A stretch of 64,000 nt of DNA, from assembly GCA_963674945.2 (NCBI GenBank), contig CAXXWQ010000003.1:2272001-2336000 (forward strand), read 5' to 3'. The DNA is from an uncultured Desulfosarcina sp. (GTDB lineage: Bacteria > Desulfobacterota > Desulfobacteria > Desulfobacterales > Desulfosarcinaceae). The notes under the pieces are model-generated. The model did not search any database. It was not told where the DNA came from and saw nothing but the letters and a program-made list of their open reading frames with translations. The position numbers and the translations under genes were made by a program. Below, piece by piece: positions 28,756 through 40,700 of the stretch (positions are counted from its first letter, which is position 1; each line of letters opens with the position of its first letter).

Positions 28756-30582
28756 TTATTCGGTAATGGATTCCAATTGAACGACGAATTTTTTCAAAAA
28801 CAAGCCGTTTTCCCGGCAAAACGCCTCAGCCGACCGGCAAGCCGCCGCATTCATTTTGCCGTTGAAGGAGAGAAGAAGCCCGGATATGTCGTGCTTTTCC
28901 TTGAGCAGGGACAGTTTTTGAAAATCTCCCAGAATGGGAAATCCCTGGACACGCTTTCCCAACTTCAACGGATCATCATCGATGAAACCCACGGGGTTGA
29001 TGTGAAGGCGCGGATTGTTCAAAATTTCCCGAAGCAGAAGTTCGCCTCCCCTTCCCGCACCATAGATAATGACCCGGTCTCCAGACAGGGTTTTTCGTTT
29101 GATCGTCTCGGTGAACAGCCGAAACGATCCCCGGGTCCCCAAAAGGAACAGAGTGGTCAAGACCCAATCGATCAGGAAAACGCCTTTGGAAAAACCGGTG
29201 AATCGAAAAAGAAAGGTGACCAGGGTGATGGAAAGTATCGTCGCCAGAATCGTTCCCCGCACATAAAAATAGATGTCTCGGGTACTGATATATTGCCAGA
29301 AACCGGCGTAAATTCCGGAAAAGTAGAAGACGATCAGTTTTGCGGCGATGATGATGGGCAGTGACTTTAAGAATATATTGAAATAATAAACGAAATCGGC
29401 TCCATCGAACCGGAGTCGATAGGCCAGATAGTAAGAAAAGGCCACTAGGCCGAAGTCCAGGATCACCATCATGATCTGCCGCCGATGGGTCAGTTCGATG
29501 AGTACCGGCGTAAACTTGTGGCCCCGGAGGACAGAGAACTCTTTTTCCGGATATACGCGCAATTGTGCCAGATAGACACCCATGAGAATCATGGACAGGA
29601 CAACGGGAATGATGACCGCGGGCGATGTCATGGAGTCGCTTTGGTGGACAACGACGGCTGCCAGCCCCGATACGGCGCCTACACCATAGAGAAAGAGAAC
29701 GGCCCCTTTTTCAGTGAACCCCATCAAGACGAGGCGATGAGATGTGTGGTCCCTGCCTCCTGTGGATGCCTTCCGTCCGCTGAGCAGTCGAATGATGGTA
29801 ACCAGGCTGGTATCCAAAAGGGGAACCATGAGGATCAGCAGGGGCACGGAAATGGTGCCGATATGACCTTGGGGGGAAAAATTTCCATAATGAAGACCCA
29901 ACACCGCCAGGGAAAAACCGATGATGAGGCTACCGCAGTCTCCCATGAAGATGGATGCCGGATTGAAGTTGTAGACCAAAAAAGCACCACAGGATCCGGC
30001 CACGATCAAGGCGACACGAAGTGCCGTGGCATCGATTTCCAGGTACAACACCGATAGCGTCAAGGCGGCAATGGTTGCGACGCCGGCACACAGTCCGTCC
30101 ATGTTGTCCAGCAGATTGAAGGCGTTGGTGATCCCGACGATCCACACCAGGGTCACCATGGCGTCCAGGGTCATGGATTCGAACCAGTTGAGTCGAAACC
30201 CCAGGTAGACCACGACGCTGGCGACGATGATCTGTCCGATCAGTTTGTTTTGCGGCTTGAGACTGAAAAAATCGTCGGCCAATCCAAGGATGAAGAGAAA
30301 TGTCGCGCCACACCAGATTACGGCGGCAATGGAGGGTGATGAACCGGAAACACCGTTGGCAGCGATCAATCGACTCCAGAGAAGACGAAAATCCCCGATC
30401 CACAACAAGGGAAAAAGCAGGCCTGAATAGATAGCGATGCCACCGAATAACGCGGTCGTTTTCTTGTGCCATCGATCCGCCCGTGGTTTTGCCACCCACT
30501 CTCTGGAAATGGCGACCTTGCGTACGACAGGTGTCATGACCAGGCAGATCAAAAAAGCTGCAATACAGGGTATGAAATTCAT
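28756..30582 (-). CDS. WecA/MraY-family undecaprenyl-phosphate HexNAc-1-P transferase fused to a CapD/PglF-type N-terminal membrane + Rossmann domain
   Basis: GLADD, NAFNLLDNMDGL, FMGDCGS, DHTSHRL; then additional TMs and IYGAGRGG...GFIDDD. Confidence 0.85.
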   Translation of the reverse strand: MNFIPCIAAFLICLVMTPVVRKVAISREWVAKPRADRWHKKTTALFGGIAIYSGLLFPLLWIGDFRLLWSRLIAANGVSGSSPSIAAVIWCGATFLFILGLADDFFSLKPQNKLIGQIIVASVVVYLGFRLNWFESMTLDAMVTLVWIVGITNAFNLLDNMDGLCAGVATIAALTLSVLYLEIDATALRVALIVAGSCGAFLVYNFNPASIFMGDCGSLIIGFSLAVLGLHYGNFSPQGHIGTISVPLLILMVPLLDTSLVTIIRLLSGRKASTGGRDHTSHRLVLMGFTEKGAVLFLYGVGAVSGLAAVVVHQSDSMTSPAVIIPVVLSMILMGVYLAQLRVYPEKEFSVLRGHKFTPVLIELTHRRQIMMVILDFGLVAFSYYLAYRLRFDGADFVYYFNIFLKSLPIIIAAKLIVFYFSGIYAGFWQYISTRDIYFYVRGTILATILSITLVTFLFRFTGFSKGVFLIDWVLTTLFLLGTRGSFRLFTETIKRKTLSGDRVIIYGAGRGGELLLREILNNPRLHINPVGFIDDDPLKLGKRVQGFPILGDFQKLSLLKEKHDISGLLLSFNGKMNAAACRSAEAFCRENGLFLKKFVVQLESITE

Positions 30583-30717
30583 CTGTACGTTCGATTACCT
30601 GCTTCTAAGGAACTCGTTTGCCAATACAAATAAATAATTACGATAAAAAGCGTTTCCCATTTCTGCCCATCGTCAAAATAATGGAGGAATGCGTTTTTTG
30701 TCATACTGTTCAGCTAT

Positions 30718-31701
<984 letters not shown>

Positions 31702-31824
31702 GAGGCTGTATCCAGTGTTTGAGATGTTGTCGATTGTTTTGGAATGTATTCAATTAACCGAAAATGAAGGCGTTGACAATGACGATCTGAACAAATGTGA
31801 ACCCGGTGTATTCGTTACCCTTTC

Positions 31825-33762
31825 CTATCCCATTTGCCATCTGTCCCGCCACATTTCCCACATGAGAAGGGACCATAGCCTGTGGTGGTGGTCTTTTGTT
31901 CCCTGCTGGTGCTCTTTCAGGATTTGCCGGACGACATCGGCGTCGAGCCTTCCTTCGGCTTTGAGTCGATCCGTGGAAAGATAGTCATGCAACAGTTCCT
32001 GCAACTCATTTCTGAACCATTGGGCGATGGGTACGCCGAACCCCATCTTGGGCCGCTCAACCAGATGCCGTGGAACATACCGGGTCAAAAGTTCCATCAA
32101 CAGGTATTTTCCCTTCCCGCTTCTGTATTTCAATGAGACCGGCAGGCGGGATGTGAATTCGACTACACGGTGGTCGAGCAATGGCACCCTCACCTCGAGG
32201 CTGGCAGCCATACTGGCACGATCGACCTTCGTTAACATGGCGTCGGGCAAGTAGGTTTGCCGATCCACCATCATGAGTCGATCCATGACGCATCGATGGG
32301 AAGGTGCCATGAACGCGTTCTCGAATGTGCCGGACGGCACGGGTCGTCCCGTCAGTTGCAATACCGCTTCTTTGGACCAGATCGAAACGGTCATCCGATA
32401 CAAGTCGGATAAATCGGCATATCCCAATTGATTGATCAGTTTTTCCCATTTGTCGGGAAAGTTTGCGACCTGGAACCGCCGGGGCAACAGGTGGCGAATT
32501 CTGTCGTAATAACGGGCCGTTTTTGACGCGGGAATCATCCCAAGGACCTGTTTGACAAACTTTCTGGTGCCGGTGGGAATCCAATTCATCGTTCTTGTCA
32601 TTGTATCGGTCATCCAGTAGCGAACGTACCCGGCAAATTGTTCGTCACCACCATCTCCCGAGAGGGCCACGGTCACCTGATCCCGTGTCAATTTGCTGAC
32701 GAGGAAAGTTGGAACCGCAGATGAATCGGCAAAGGGTTCGTCATATATTTCTGCCAACCGGTCGATCGTATGCAATGCATCCTGCGGGGACACATACAGC
32801 TCGGTGTGCGCCGTTCCTAAGTGGTCGGCTACCTTGCGGGCCCAAGGTGCCTCGTTGAAGCCCTGCTCTGTAAAGCCGATGCTGAAGGTTCTTACAGGGC
32901 TGTCACTGACTTTCTGCATCATGGCCACGACGATGGACGAGTCCACGCCGCCACTGAGCAGGGCACCCAAGGGAACGTCGCTGATCAGATGATCGGAAAC
33001 CACCCGTGTCAATAGGCTGTCCAATCGGCGCAATGCGTCTTCTTTGTCGATGGTCTCAACGGGGTCGTTTGCTGGACGATTTTCGGTTGGTGTCCACCAC
33101 CGTTTTTTTGACACCTGATTGCCGTCGTAAAGCAGAAAATGACCGGGTTCCAATTTAAAGGTATCGAAAAAGATCGTTCGCGGGGCAGGAATATATTGAT
33201 AATGAAGGTACAAGGAGAAGGCATCCGGGTCGATGCGTCGCGCAAAGCCGTTCATGGCCATCAAGGCTTTGAGCTCGGACCCAAAAAGCAATCCTTTTTC
33301 TGTAAAGCTGTAATACAGCGGCTTGATTCCCAGGCGATCCCGGGCGAGGAACAGATGCCCTTTTCTTCGGTCCCAGATGGCAAGGGAAAACATCCCGTTG
33401 AACCGTTCAAGACAGTCTTCTCCCCATTGGGCATAGGCGGCCAGGACCACTTCCGTATCGCTGGTTCCCATGAAGGCGTGGCCCAGCCGAACCAAATCGC
33501 GCCTGATATCGAGGAAGTTATAGACCTCCCCATTGAAAACGATAACGAGATTGCCATCGTTGCTTTCCATGGGCTGGCTGCCGGTCGGCGACAGATCGAT
33601 GATGGAGAGCCGCCGGTGGCCCAACCCCACGCCATGAAGGTCGTCAAAGAAGATACCGGCATCGTCCGGTCCCCGGTGGCGCAGCGAATCCGTTGCCGCT
33701 TTCAGGCTTGCCGCGAAGTGATGAAAATCCTGCGTGATACGAAACCCCACGAAACCGCACAT
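31825..33762 (-). CDS. asnB: Asparagine synthase (glutamine-hydrolysing)-type amidotransferase, probably a glycan amidotransferase
   Basis: N-terminal MCG, HRRLSIID, RDRLGIKP, LSGGVDSS, SGDGGDE; sits in a glycan locus. Confidence 0.93.
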   Translation of the reverse strand: MCGFVGFRITQDFHHFAASLKAATDSLRHRGPDDAGIFFDDLHGVGLGHRRLSIIDLSPTGSQPMESNDGNLVIVFNGEVYNFLDIRRDLVRLGHAFMGTSDTEVVLAAYAQWGEDCLERFNGMFSLAIWDRRKGHLFLARDRLGIKPLYYSFTEKGLLFGSELKALMAMNGFARRIDPDAFSLYLHYQYIPAPRTIFFDTFKLEPGHFLLYDGNQVSKKRWWTPTENRPANDPVETIDKEDALRRLDSLLTRVVSDHLISDVPLGALLSGGVDSSIVVAMMQKVSDSPVRTFSIGFTEQGFNEAPWARKVADHLGTAHTELYVSPQDALHTIDRLAEIYDEPFADSSAVPTFLVSKLTRDQVTVALSGDGGDEQFAGYVRYWMTDTMTRTMNWIPTGTRKFVKQVLGMIPASKTARYYDRIRHLLPRRFQVANFPDKWEKLINQLGYADLSDLYRMTVSIWSKEAVLQLTGRPVPSGTFENAFMAPSHRCVMDRLMMVDRQTYLPDAMLTKVDRASMAASLEVRVPLLDHRVVEFTSRLPVSLKYRSGKGKYLLMELLTRYVPRHLVERPKMGFGVPIAQWFRNELQELLHDYLSTDRLKAEGRLDADVVRQILKEHQQGTKDHHHRLWSLLMWEMWRDRWQMG

Positions 33763-33880
33763 GTTTAATCTACGCTTTCAATCGTGAATATGTGAAATGA
33801 TTTCTTGTGGAAAGAAAGAATGTTCGGTAAAACAACGGTCACAAAACCGACAACCCAAACAGACACATTGAATTTCTTCG

Positions 33881-35404
33881 ATGCAACCCTATCGCCAACT
33901 GACCCGATCTCCCGTGCTCGCGAAAAACACCCTGTTCAACCTTGTGGGATACGGTTTCCCATTGATCGTCGCCCTGTACTGCATTCCCAAAATCGTGGTT
34001 GGATTGGGTACGGATCGCTTCGGAGTTCTAACCCTTGCCTGGGTATTGATCGGATACTTCGGACTGTTGGATCTGGGGCTGGGCAGGGCATTAACCCAGG
34101 TTGTCGCCGAGAGGCTGGGCACGGACCAGACCGATGAAATCCCGGCGACCATCTGGACGGCCCTGTTGGGCATGCTGGTATTGTCCCTCTTTTTGAGTAC
34201 GATTCTTTTTTTCTGCAGCAATTTTCTGGTGCTTCGTTTCTTGAACATTCCCCCGGAACTAGTAGAAGAAACCGTTGGCGCATTTCACTGGGTAGCGATT
34301 TCGGTGCCCGTTGTGATCATCAGTGTCGGCCTTCGGGGGATTCTGGAGGCCTACCAGCGATTTGACCTGGTCAATGCCGTTCGTATTCCATTGGGTATTT
34401 TTTCCTTTGCCGCACCGCTGGCCGTGATCCCTTTTACCGTGAAGTTGCAATGGGTGATCATGGCACTTTTTCTGGGTCGTCTGTTTGCGGCTGGCGGCCA
34501 ATTTCTGTTTTGCCGTCAGATCATTCCCGGCCTAATCTCCCGTTTTTCCATGGATACGAAAGGATTCTGGATTTTAATGCGATTCGGTGGCTGGATGACG
34601 GTGACCAATATCATCAACCCCTTGCTCGTGCATGTGGATCGATTTTTCATCGCGTCTCTCCTGTCGACCACTGCGGTTGCCTACTATGCGACACCATCCG
34701 AAATGATCATGAAAATCGCCCTTCTTTCGGGTGCCTTGATGAGCGTTCTGTTTCCGGCCATATCCACGAGCTTCAAGATCGACCGGCAACGAAGTGCCTT
34801 TTTGTTGGAGAGGGGATTGATTTATGTTTTTCTGGGCATCTTCCCTCTATTGGTGATCCTTTTTTCCCTTGCTCCGGAGGGGCTCGCCATTTGGCTGGAT
34901 GAAGAATTCATGAGAAACAGTTCGTCGGTGACGCGGATCCTGCTGGCTGGTGTTCTCTTTTATTGTATGGGCCAAATTCCCTATGCGTTCATCCAAGGCG
35001 CCGGTCGACCGGATCTGACCGGCAAGCTTCACCTGATCGAGCTTCCTCTGTACATATTTTTTGTAATCCTGGGAATCCATTGGGCCGGTATCGCCGGTGC
35101 GGCGATAATCTGGGCGCTTCGGTTCATCGGGGATACGACCTGTATGCTCCTGATGGCAAAAAAACTGCTCGGCAACCATGATTTTCAGATAAAGCCCGTC
35201 ATGGTTGCCGTTTCCATGTCCTTTCCGGCGATGGGCATGCTTGCCCTGCCGGTACCACTTTCATGGCGCATGATGGGCTGCATACTGGTCCTTGTGGCCT
35301 TCTTGTGTTTGGCGTGGCGATATCTATTATCCGCCGGCGAAAAAGATATGATCAACCATGTTCTTCGCACGGCGTCGCATTGGAGGGGAATTCATCGTGG
35401 TTGA
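33881..35404 (+). CDS. wzx: Wzx-type oligosaccharide flippase
   Basis: Multi-TM protein; LAKNTLFNL, LDLGLGRA, VDRFFI. Confidence 0.88.
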   Translation: MQPYRQLTRSPVLAKNTLFNLVGYGFPLIVALYCIPKIVVGLGTDRFGVLTLAWVLIGYFGLLDLGLGRALTQVVAERLGTDQTDEIPATIWTALLGMLVLSLFLSTILFFCSNFLVLRFLNIPPELVEETVGAFHWVAISVPVVIISVGLRGILEAYQRFDLVNAVRIPLGIFSFAAPLAVIPFTVKLQWVIMALFLGRLFAAGGQFLFCRQIIPGLISRFSMDTKGFWILMRFGGWMTVTNIINPLLVHVDRFFIASLLSTTAVAYYATPSEMIMKIALLSGALMSVLFPAISTSFKIDRQRSAFLLERGLIYVFLGIFPLLVILFSLAPEGLAIWLDEEFMRNSSSVTRILLAGVLFYCMGQIPYAFIQGAGRPDLTGKLHLIELPLYIFFVILGIHWAGIAGAAIIWALRFIGDTTCMLLMAKKLLGNHDFQIKPVMVAVSMSFPAMGMLALPVPLSWRMMGCILVLVAFLCLAWRYLLSAGEKDMINHVLRTASHWRGIHRG

Positions 35405-36014
35405 TCATGTCCAGATCCCGGATCCCATTCGGAACAAGCTTGAATCAGGAGATCGAATCGATCTCGAGTTGGGTTGCGGAAACCGCAAACGCCATTTCCA
35501 TGCCATCGGCATCGATCGACTGCCCTACGAAGGGGTCGATATTGTGGGCGATATCGAATCGGTTATCGAACAATTTCCCATCGGCCGCGTCGACCATGTT
35601 TACGCGTATCATTGTTTTGAACACTTGCCGAATCTTGAAAGAATCATGGATCGTTTGGCGCGGATCATGAAATTATCCGGCAAACTGTTTGTCGAGGTAC
35701 CGCATTTTTCGAATCCTTATTACTACTCAGATTCGACCCATCGGCAGCCCTTTGGATTGTATACCTTTTCCTATATAACCCGCGAAGCGCTATTTCAACG
35801 ACGTTGCCCGACATATCAGCGCCGGATCGATTTCGAGTTGAAAAACGTCAAGCTGGTCTTTAAATCGCCCCCCCCTTTTTACGGACGCTATGGCATGAAG
35901 AAAATCGTCCAGTCCATTGTCAACCTGAGCCGGTACATGCAGGAATTCTACGAGGAAAATGTATGCTGGATGGTGCCCTGTTATGAAATCCACTACGAAC
36001 TGGAACGGTGCTGA
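35397..36014 (+). CDS. Class I SAM-dependent methyltransferase
   Basis: LELGCG, HCFEHL, VPHFSN...DSTH. GTG start after GGAGG. Confidence 0.85.
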   Translation: MVDHVQIPDPIRNKLESGDRIDLELGCGNRKRHFHAIGIDRLPYEGVDIVGDIESVIEQFPIGRVDHVYAYHCFEHLPNLERIMDRLARIMKLSGKLFVEVPHFSNPYYYSDSTHRQPFGLYTFSYITREALFQRRCPTYQRRIDFELKNVKLVFKSPPPFYGRYGMKKIVQSIVNLSRYMQEFYEENVCWMVPCYEIHYELERC

Positions 36015-37078
36015 TGCGGATACTGCTCCTTAGCCGCTACACGCGATTGGGTGCCAGCAGCCGCATGCGCTGTTTTCAGTACATTCCCCTGCTGTCCCGG
36101 TGCGGTATCCATGTCGATATTCAGTCTTTGTTCGATGACAGATACCTGGTCGATCTGTATGGCACCAACCGTCGCCATTGGCGAAATATCGTCGCCAACT
36201 ATCTTCGGCGCGTACCGGCACTTCTTACCCTTGGCCGGTATGATCTCTTATGGATCGAGCAGGAGCTGTTTCCGTGGTTGCCGCCGCTGGCAGAACGGCT
36301 GCTGTACGGATGCAAGGTGCCCTGTATCGTCGACTATGACGACGCCATTTTTCATCGGTACGACCTGCATCGGAAGCAATTGGTTCGGCAAGTTCTGGGT
36401 CGAAAGATCGATTTCATCATGAATCGTGCCGAAGCGGTGGTCGTGGGCAACCGATACCTTGCCGAGAGGGCTATCAACGCCGGCGCCAATCGGGTTGCCA
36501 TGATTCCCACGGTCATCGATTTGGAACGCTACGTGCCGAAACCCGATTATGAACGCATACAGGTGACCATTGGCTGGATCGGCAGCCCCGCGACCTATCC
36601 ATTTTTCGAATCCATTGCACCGATACTGACAGATCTAATGAAACGGCTTCCCATTCGGGTCGAAGTCGTGGGCGGGCCGGAAATAGGCGAACGAGGGATG
36701 TGGCCCTTTACCTATCATCGGTGGTGTGAAGCGTCGGAAGTCGATCGTCTGAACCACTTTGACATCGGGATCATGCCGTTGCCCGATACACCCTGGACGC
36801 GGGGAAAATGCGGCTACAAATTAATCCAATATATGGCTTGCGGCATCCCCGTCGTCGCATCCCGTGTGGGCACGAACCTGGATATTGTGGAGCCGGAAAA
36901 AAGTGGATTTTTGGTATCGACCGCGAAGGAGTGGATTGATGCCATCGAACGCCTCGTTACAGACGCTGCGCTGAGAAGAACCATGGGACGACAGGGGCGC
37001 CGGCTTGTGGAAGCGCACTACCATCTGGGTAAAACGTTGCCGGTTCTGGTCCGGTGTATGGTTCAATCACAAAGGTAA
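36008..37078 (+). CDS. Glycosyltransferase family 4
   Basis: GASSRMR, DYDDA, DIGIMPL...KCGYKLIQYMACG. Confidence 0.9.
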   Translation: MLMRILLLSRYTRLGASSRMRCFQYIPLLSRCGIHVDIQSLFDDRYLVDLYGTNRRHWRNIVANYLRRVPALLTLGRYDLLWIEQELFPWLPPLAERLLYGCKVPCIVDYDDAIFHRYDLHRKQLVRQVLGRKIDFIMNRAEAVVVGNRYLAERAINAGANRVAMIPTVIDLERYVPKPDYERIQVTIGWIGSPATYPFFESIAPILTDLMKRLPIRVEVVGGPEIGERGMWPFTYHRWCEASEVDRLNHFDIGIMPLPDTPWTRGKCGYKLIQYMACGIPVVASRVGTNLDIVEPEKSGFLVSTAKEWIDAIERLVTDAALRRTMGRQGRRLVEAHYHLGKTLPVLVRCMVQSQR

Positions 37079-37113
37079 TGTTGGTCGGATACGGCATCGG
37101 CCAGGTTTTGATG

Positions 37114-37710
37114 TTAGATGTCGTTGTTTTCGACCGCTTTTAGGAATGCATCAATATTTGAGCTCAGCAAAAGTGGAATCGCCTTGTCGATTCGATTTGC
37201 ATCCCAATCCCACCATTTTATTTCCAAGAGTCTTTCGATGACCCGATCACCGAATCGTTTTCCGATTTCGTGGGCCGGATTTCCGGCGACAATGGCATAG
37301 GGCTGCACCGTTTTGGTAACCAACGCCCGGGCACCAACCACGGCACCATCACCAATCTTGACGCCTGACAGAATCATGGCCTCTTTGCCGATCCACACAT
37401 CGTTACCAATGACGACGCTCCCTTTGGTACGGGGATGTCCAACGATATGGGATGCAGATTTCCGCAGCACACTAAAAGGATAGGTAGTGACCCAATCAAT
37501 GTTGTGCTCCCCGCCAAGATATATTTGAACGCCATCAGCGATCGAACAATAGGCACCAATGGATAGGGTTGAACCTTCATTCCAGGAATGAATTTTTAGC
37601 CCACTGGCATAGGTTCCTCGACCGAATCGATAACCCGGATATCGTCGATCCAATTGAAACGATCTTCGCAAGAGATAGGCACGCGCGATCTTTTTGAGCA
37701 GTTCGACCAT
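37114..37710 (-). CDS. CatB/Vat-like hexapeptide O-acetyltransferase
   Basis: TTYPF, IGNDVWIG, VAGNPA, IKWWDW. Context points to glycan acetylation. Confidence 0.88.
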   Translation of the reverse strand: MVELLKKIARAYLLRRSFQLDRRYPGYRFGRGTYASGLKIHSWNEGSTLSIGAYCSIADGVQIYLGGEHNIDWVTTYPFSVLRKSASHIVGHPRTKGSVVIGNDVWIGKEAMILSGVKIGDGAVVGARALVTKTVQPYAIVAGNPAHEIGKRFGDRVIERLLEIKWWDWDANRIDKAIPLLLSSNIDAFLKAVENNDI

Positions 37711-37724
37711 TATTGTTGGCCTTC

Positions 37725-40700
37725 CTAATCGGCGATCATCATCAATCGATTGTACAATCCTTCAATATCCTCAACGAGACGGGCAATGGAGTAGTTCTCG
37801 ACAACATAGCGTTTGGCTTTGTCAAAACGTTTCCGGTCATTCAGATAACCACTTTCAATCATATACATCAGTGCATTGCAGAAGGTTACGGCGTCATCTT
37901 TCGGGCACATGATGCCCCTTTTGCAGATGCGGAAAGCAGACCGGACAGGTTGATCCGGTTGGTGAACTCCCAATAGATCCTTGATTCCGCCGACATCCGT
38001 CGTAACCACCGGAACACTCGCTGCCATGGCTTCGATGATGGAAACCGGTGTGCCTTCATTTAAGGAAGTCAATGCGAGGATATCGAGGTCCGCATAAATC
38101 ATGGGGATATTCTTTTCCCACCCGTAAAAAATAACGTGGTCGGCCAAATCGTTTTCGATCGCATATTTTTCCAGCGATTGTCGAAGTTCACCGTCTCCAA
38201 TGATAAGAAAGTGGATTTTTCTGTCTTTGGTTTTTTTCAGTAATAAACTTGCCGAATCAAGGAACATTTTGTGGTTCTTGATTGGAACGAGCCGGCCCAC
38301 GATTCCGATGAGGATGGTATCGTCTGAAACCCCTATTCTTTTCCTGAGAATATATTTACGTTCGTAACATTGCAAAAATGGCTGCAAATCGAAACCGAGT
38401 TTTATCGTAACGATTTTCTCCGGTCGACTGATTCTGTATAGATTCAACAGCTCCCATTTTTGTGACTCACTGATGGCAATGATCCGATCCGTATATTTAC
38501 CCAACATTCGTTCAATCAGATTGAACAGATAAGTTGAGAATATATTGAAATAACTATCCAGGATATGGCCATGGAATGTATGTATGCTTATGATTTTTTC
38601 CTTTTTTCCGAAATTACATAAGATAACTGCTATACGGGCAATCGTTCCTGCCTTGGAAGTATGCGAGTGGACAATATCGGGTTTGAAAGATCGAATTGTT
38701 TTTATCACTTTTTTGAGCGAGATCAATTCCTTTAACGGTTCGATCTCTCTTTGAAGTTCCGGGATATGAATCAGCGTATCCTCGTTTACGTTGACGATGT
38801 AGCTCATATCGCCTTCATGTGAGGATATGGAACCGGTAATTAATTTTGTATCGAATTTACTCTTGTCCAAACATTCTGTAAGATTTTTTACATGAATTGC
38901 CGGGCCACCGATATTCATTCTTGAAACAAGCCGTAGAACCTTTATCTGTCTACCTGCTGATTTTCCAATATGCGGTCTTGCTTGGCGATCCTTGACTATC
39001 GGCTTCCTTGTGATTTCCTGATATAATTGAAGTGTACGTTCAACCATAGTATCATTGGAAAACAGATCTTTGACCCTCTTGTAACCGGACTCACCGTAAG
39101 ATTTTCTCTTGCCTGGATTATCAATGAGAAATTGAATTGCATTGGACAGGGATTCATCATCGGCGGGTCTTATCACGATTCCCGTTTTCTGATCGAGGTT
39201 GACGAAACTGGTACCTGTCCCCAACTTCGTGCTGATGACTGGTTTTTTACAACACATGGCTTCGAGTTGGACGATGCCAAATGCCTCGCTTCGAAGATGG
39301 GATGGCAAAACAAAAATATCGCATGCCTGATAGTAGGCGTTGACATCGTCATCCGGTAATTCACCCAAAAAATGGATTTTTTCACCAAGATGGTTTCTGT
39401 CAACAAATCGTCGCAGCTTTGATTCTTCCGGCCCCGCACCAATTAACAAGAGAACGGCATTAATCCTTCGCATCGCCGACAACAGATAGTGCAATCCCTT
39501 ATAATAACGAAAACACCCAACAAACAGAACTATCGGATGCGTTCCGTACCGGCGTTTAATCTCGTTAATTTGAAAGCGATCTTCGTATGACCTGAATCTT
39601 TCGATATCGATCCCAAGCGGAATCACAGTGCATTTATCTTTATACTTATTTAAAACAGCTGAAGATTCAATGTAGTTGGGTGAAGTGGAAATGATCCTGT
39701 CGGCTTTATCAAGAAAAACTTTTCTGAAAGGTGAATAGATTTTTCCCAACTTATCCTGTCTGATGATGTCGCTGTGATATGTGACGACAAGTTTTTTATG
39801 GAGATTGGTTAAGAAATACGAAAATTCTGCAGTCGGGTTTGGATAATGGAAGTGAATAATGTCGGCGCTCTCTCCAAATCGTTTCAGATAACGATAGAAG
39901 GTCGGCGTCAAGGGTGCAGAAGAAAATCTTCCAAGCTGTGGCGCCTTATGAATATTTATGCCGTTGTACGTCTCCTTTTCATACCTATTGATGGTGTTGG
40001 AAACGAGAACTTCGACATCTATTCCGCGACGCATCAGTCCAGTGGACAACAAGTTGATATGACTTTCGATTCCTCCTTTCACGGGAGGATAAAAATCCTT
40101 GTAGACATGTAGAACTTTCATCTTGGAGATGTTTCGCGAAACTCTCGTTTTGTCAGTAGAAATTTTTGTTTTGACGATATGTTTGGAATCGGCTTCCGTA
40201 GCCCGCTCAACGACCAATCGCAAGAAACTGAACAAAACAGAAATCAGGAACCGGAGCATCAGTGCAACGCCGGCAAAGGGAGATAACAGGGAATAGGGCC
40301 ATGTTGCATATTTTTCGAAAAGACGATAACCGCTTTTGTGAAAATGAAATTTAGAGAAGATGGGCTTGGTGCTGCTGCTCATTCCAACAATATGGGTTGC
40401 CTTGGCAAAGGGAAAGTAGACAACCTTCCAGCCTTTATTTCTCACCCTTCGGCACAAATCGGTATCTTCCCAGTAGAGAAAAAAATGTTCATCGAATCCA
40501 TTAATATTTTCAATGGCATTGCGTCGGATGACCATACACGCACCCGAAACCCAGTCCACTTCCCTTGGACTTTCATTATCATCCGCCCACGTCAATATAT
40601 TCGATTTGGTGATGGAGTTGTTGGGAAATATTCTTGTCAGAGGAGATTTGCGACCGAACAAAGATGTAAGAGGTGTTGGAAAAGACCGCGCCGATCCTTG

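Noticed and set aside
35868..35875. C8 tract in the glycan methyltransferase gene as a phase-variation site
   Set aside because: It is short, in frame and encodes Pro-Pro-Pro; a similar C7 run occurs in an unrelated gene.
37114..37710. Chloramphenicol/streptogramin resistance gene
   Set aside because: It is a CatB-like fold, but its position inside a glycosyltransferase operon favours glycan O-acetylation.
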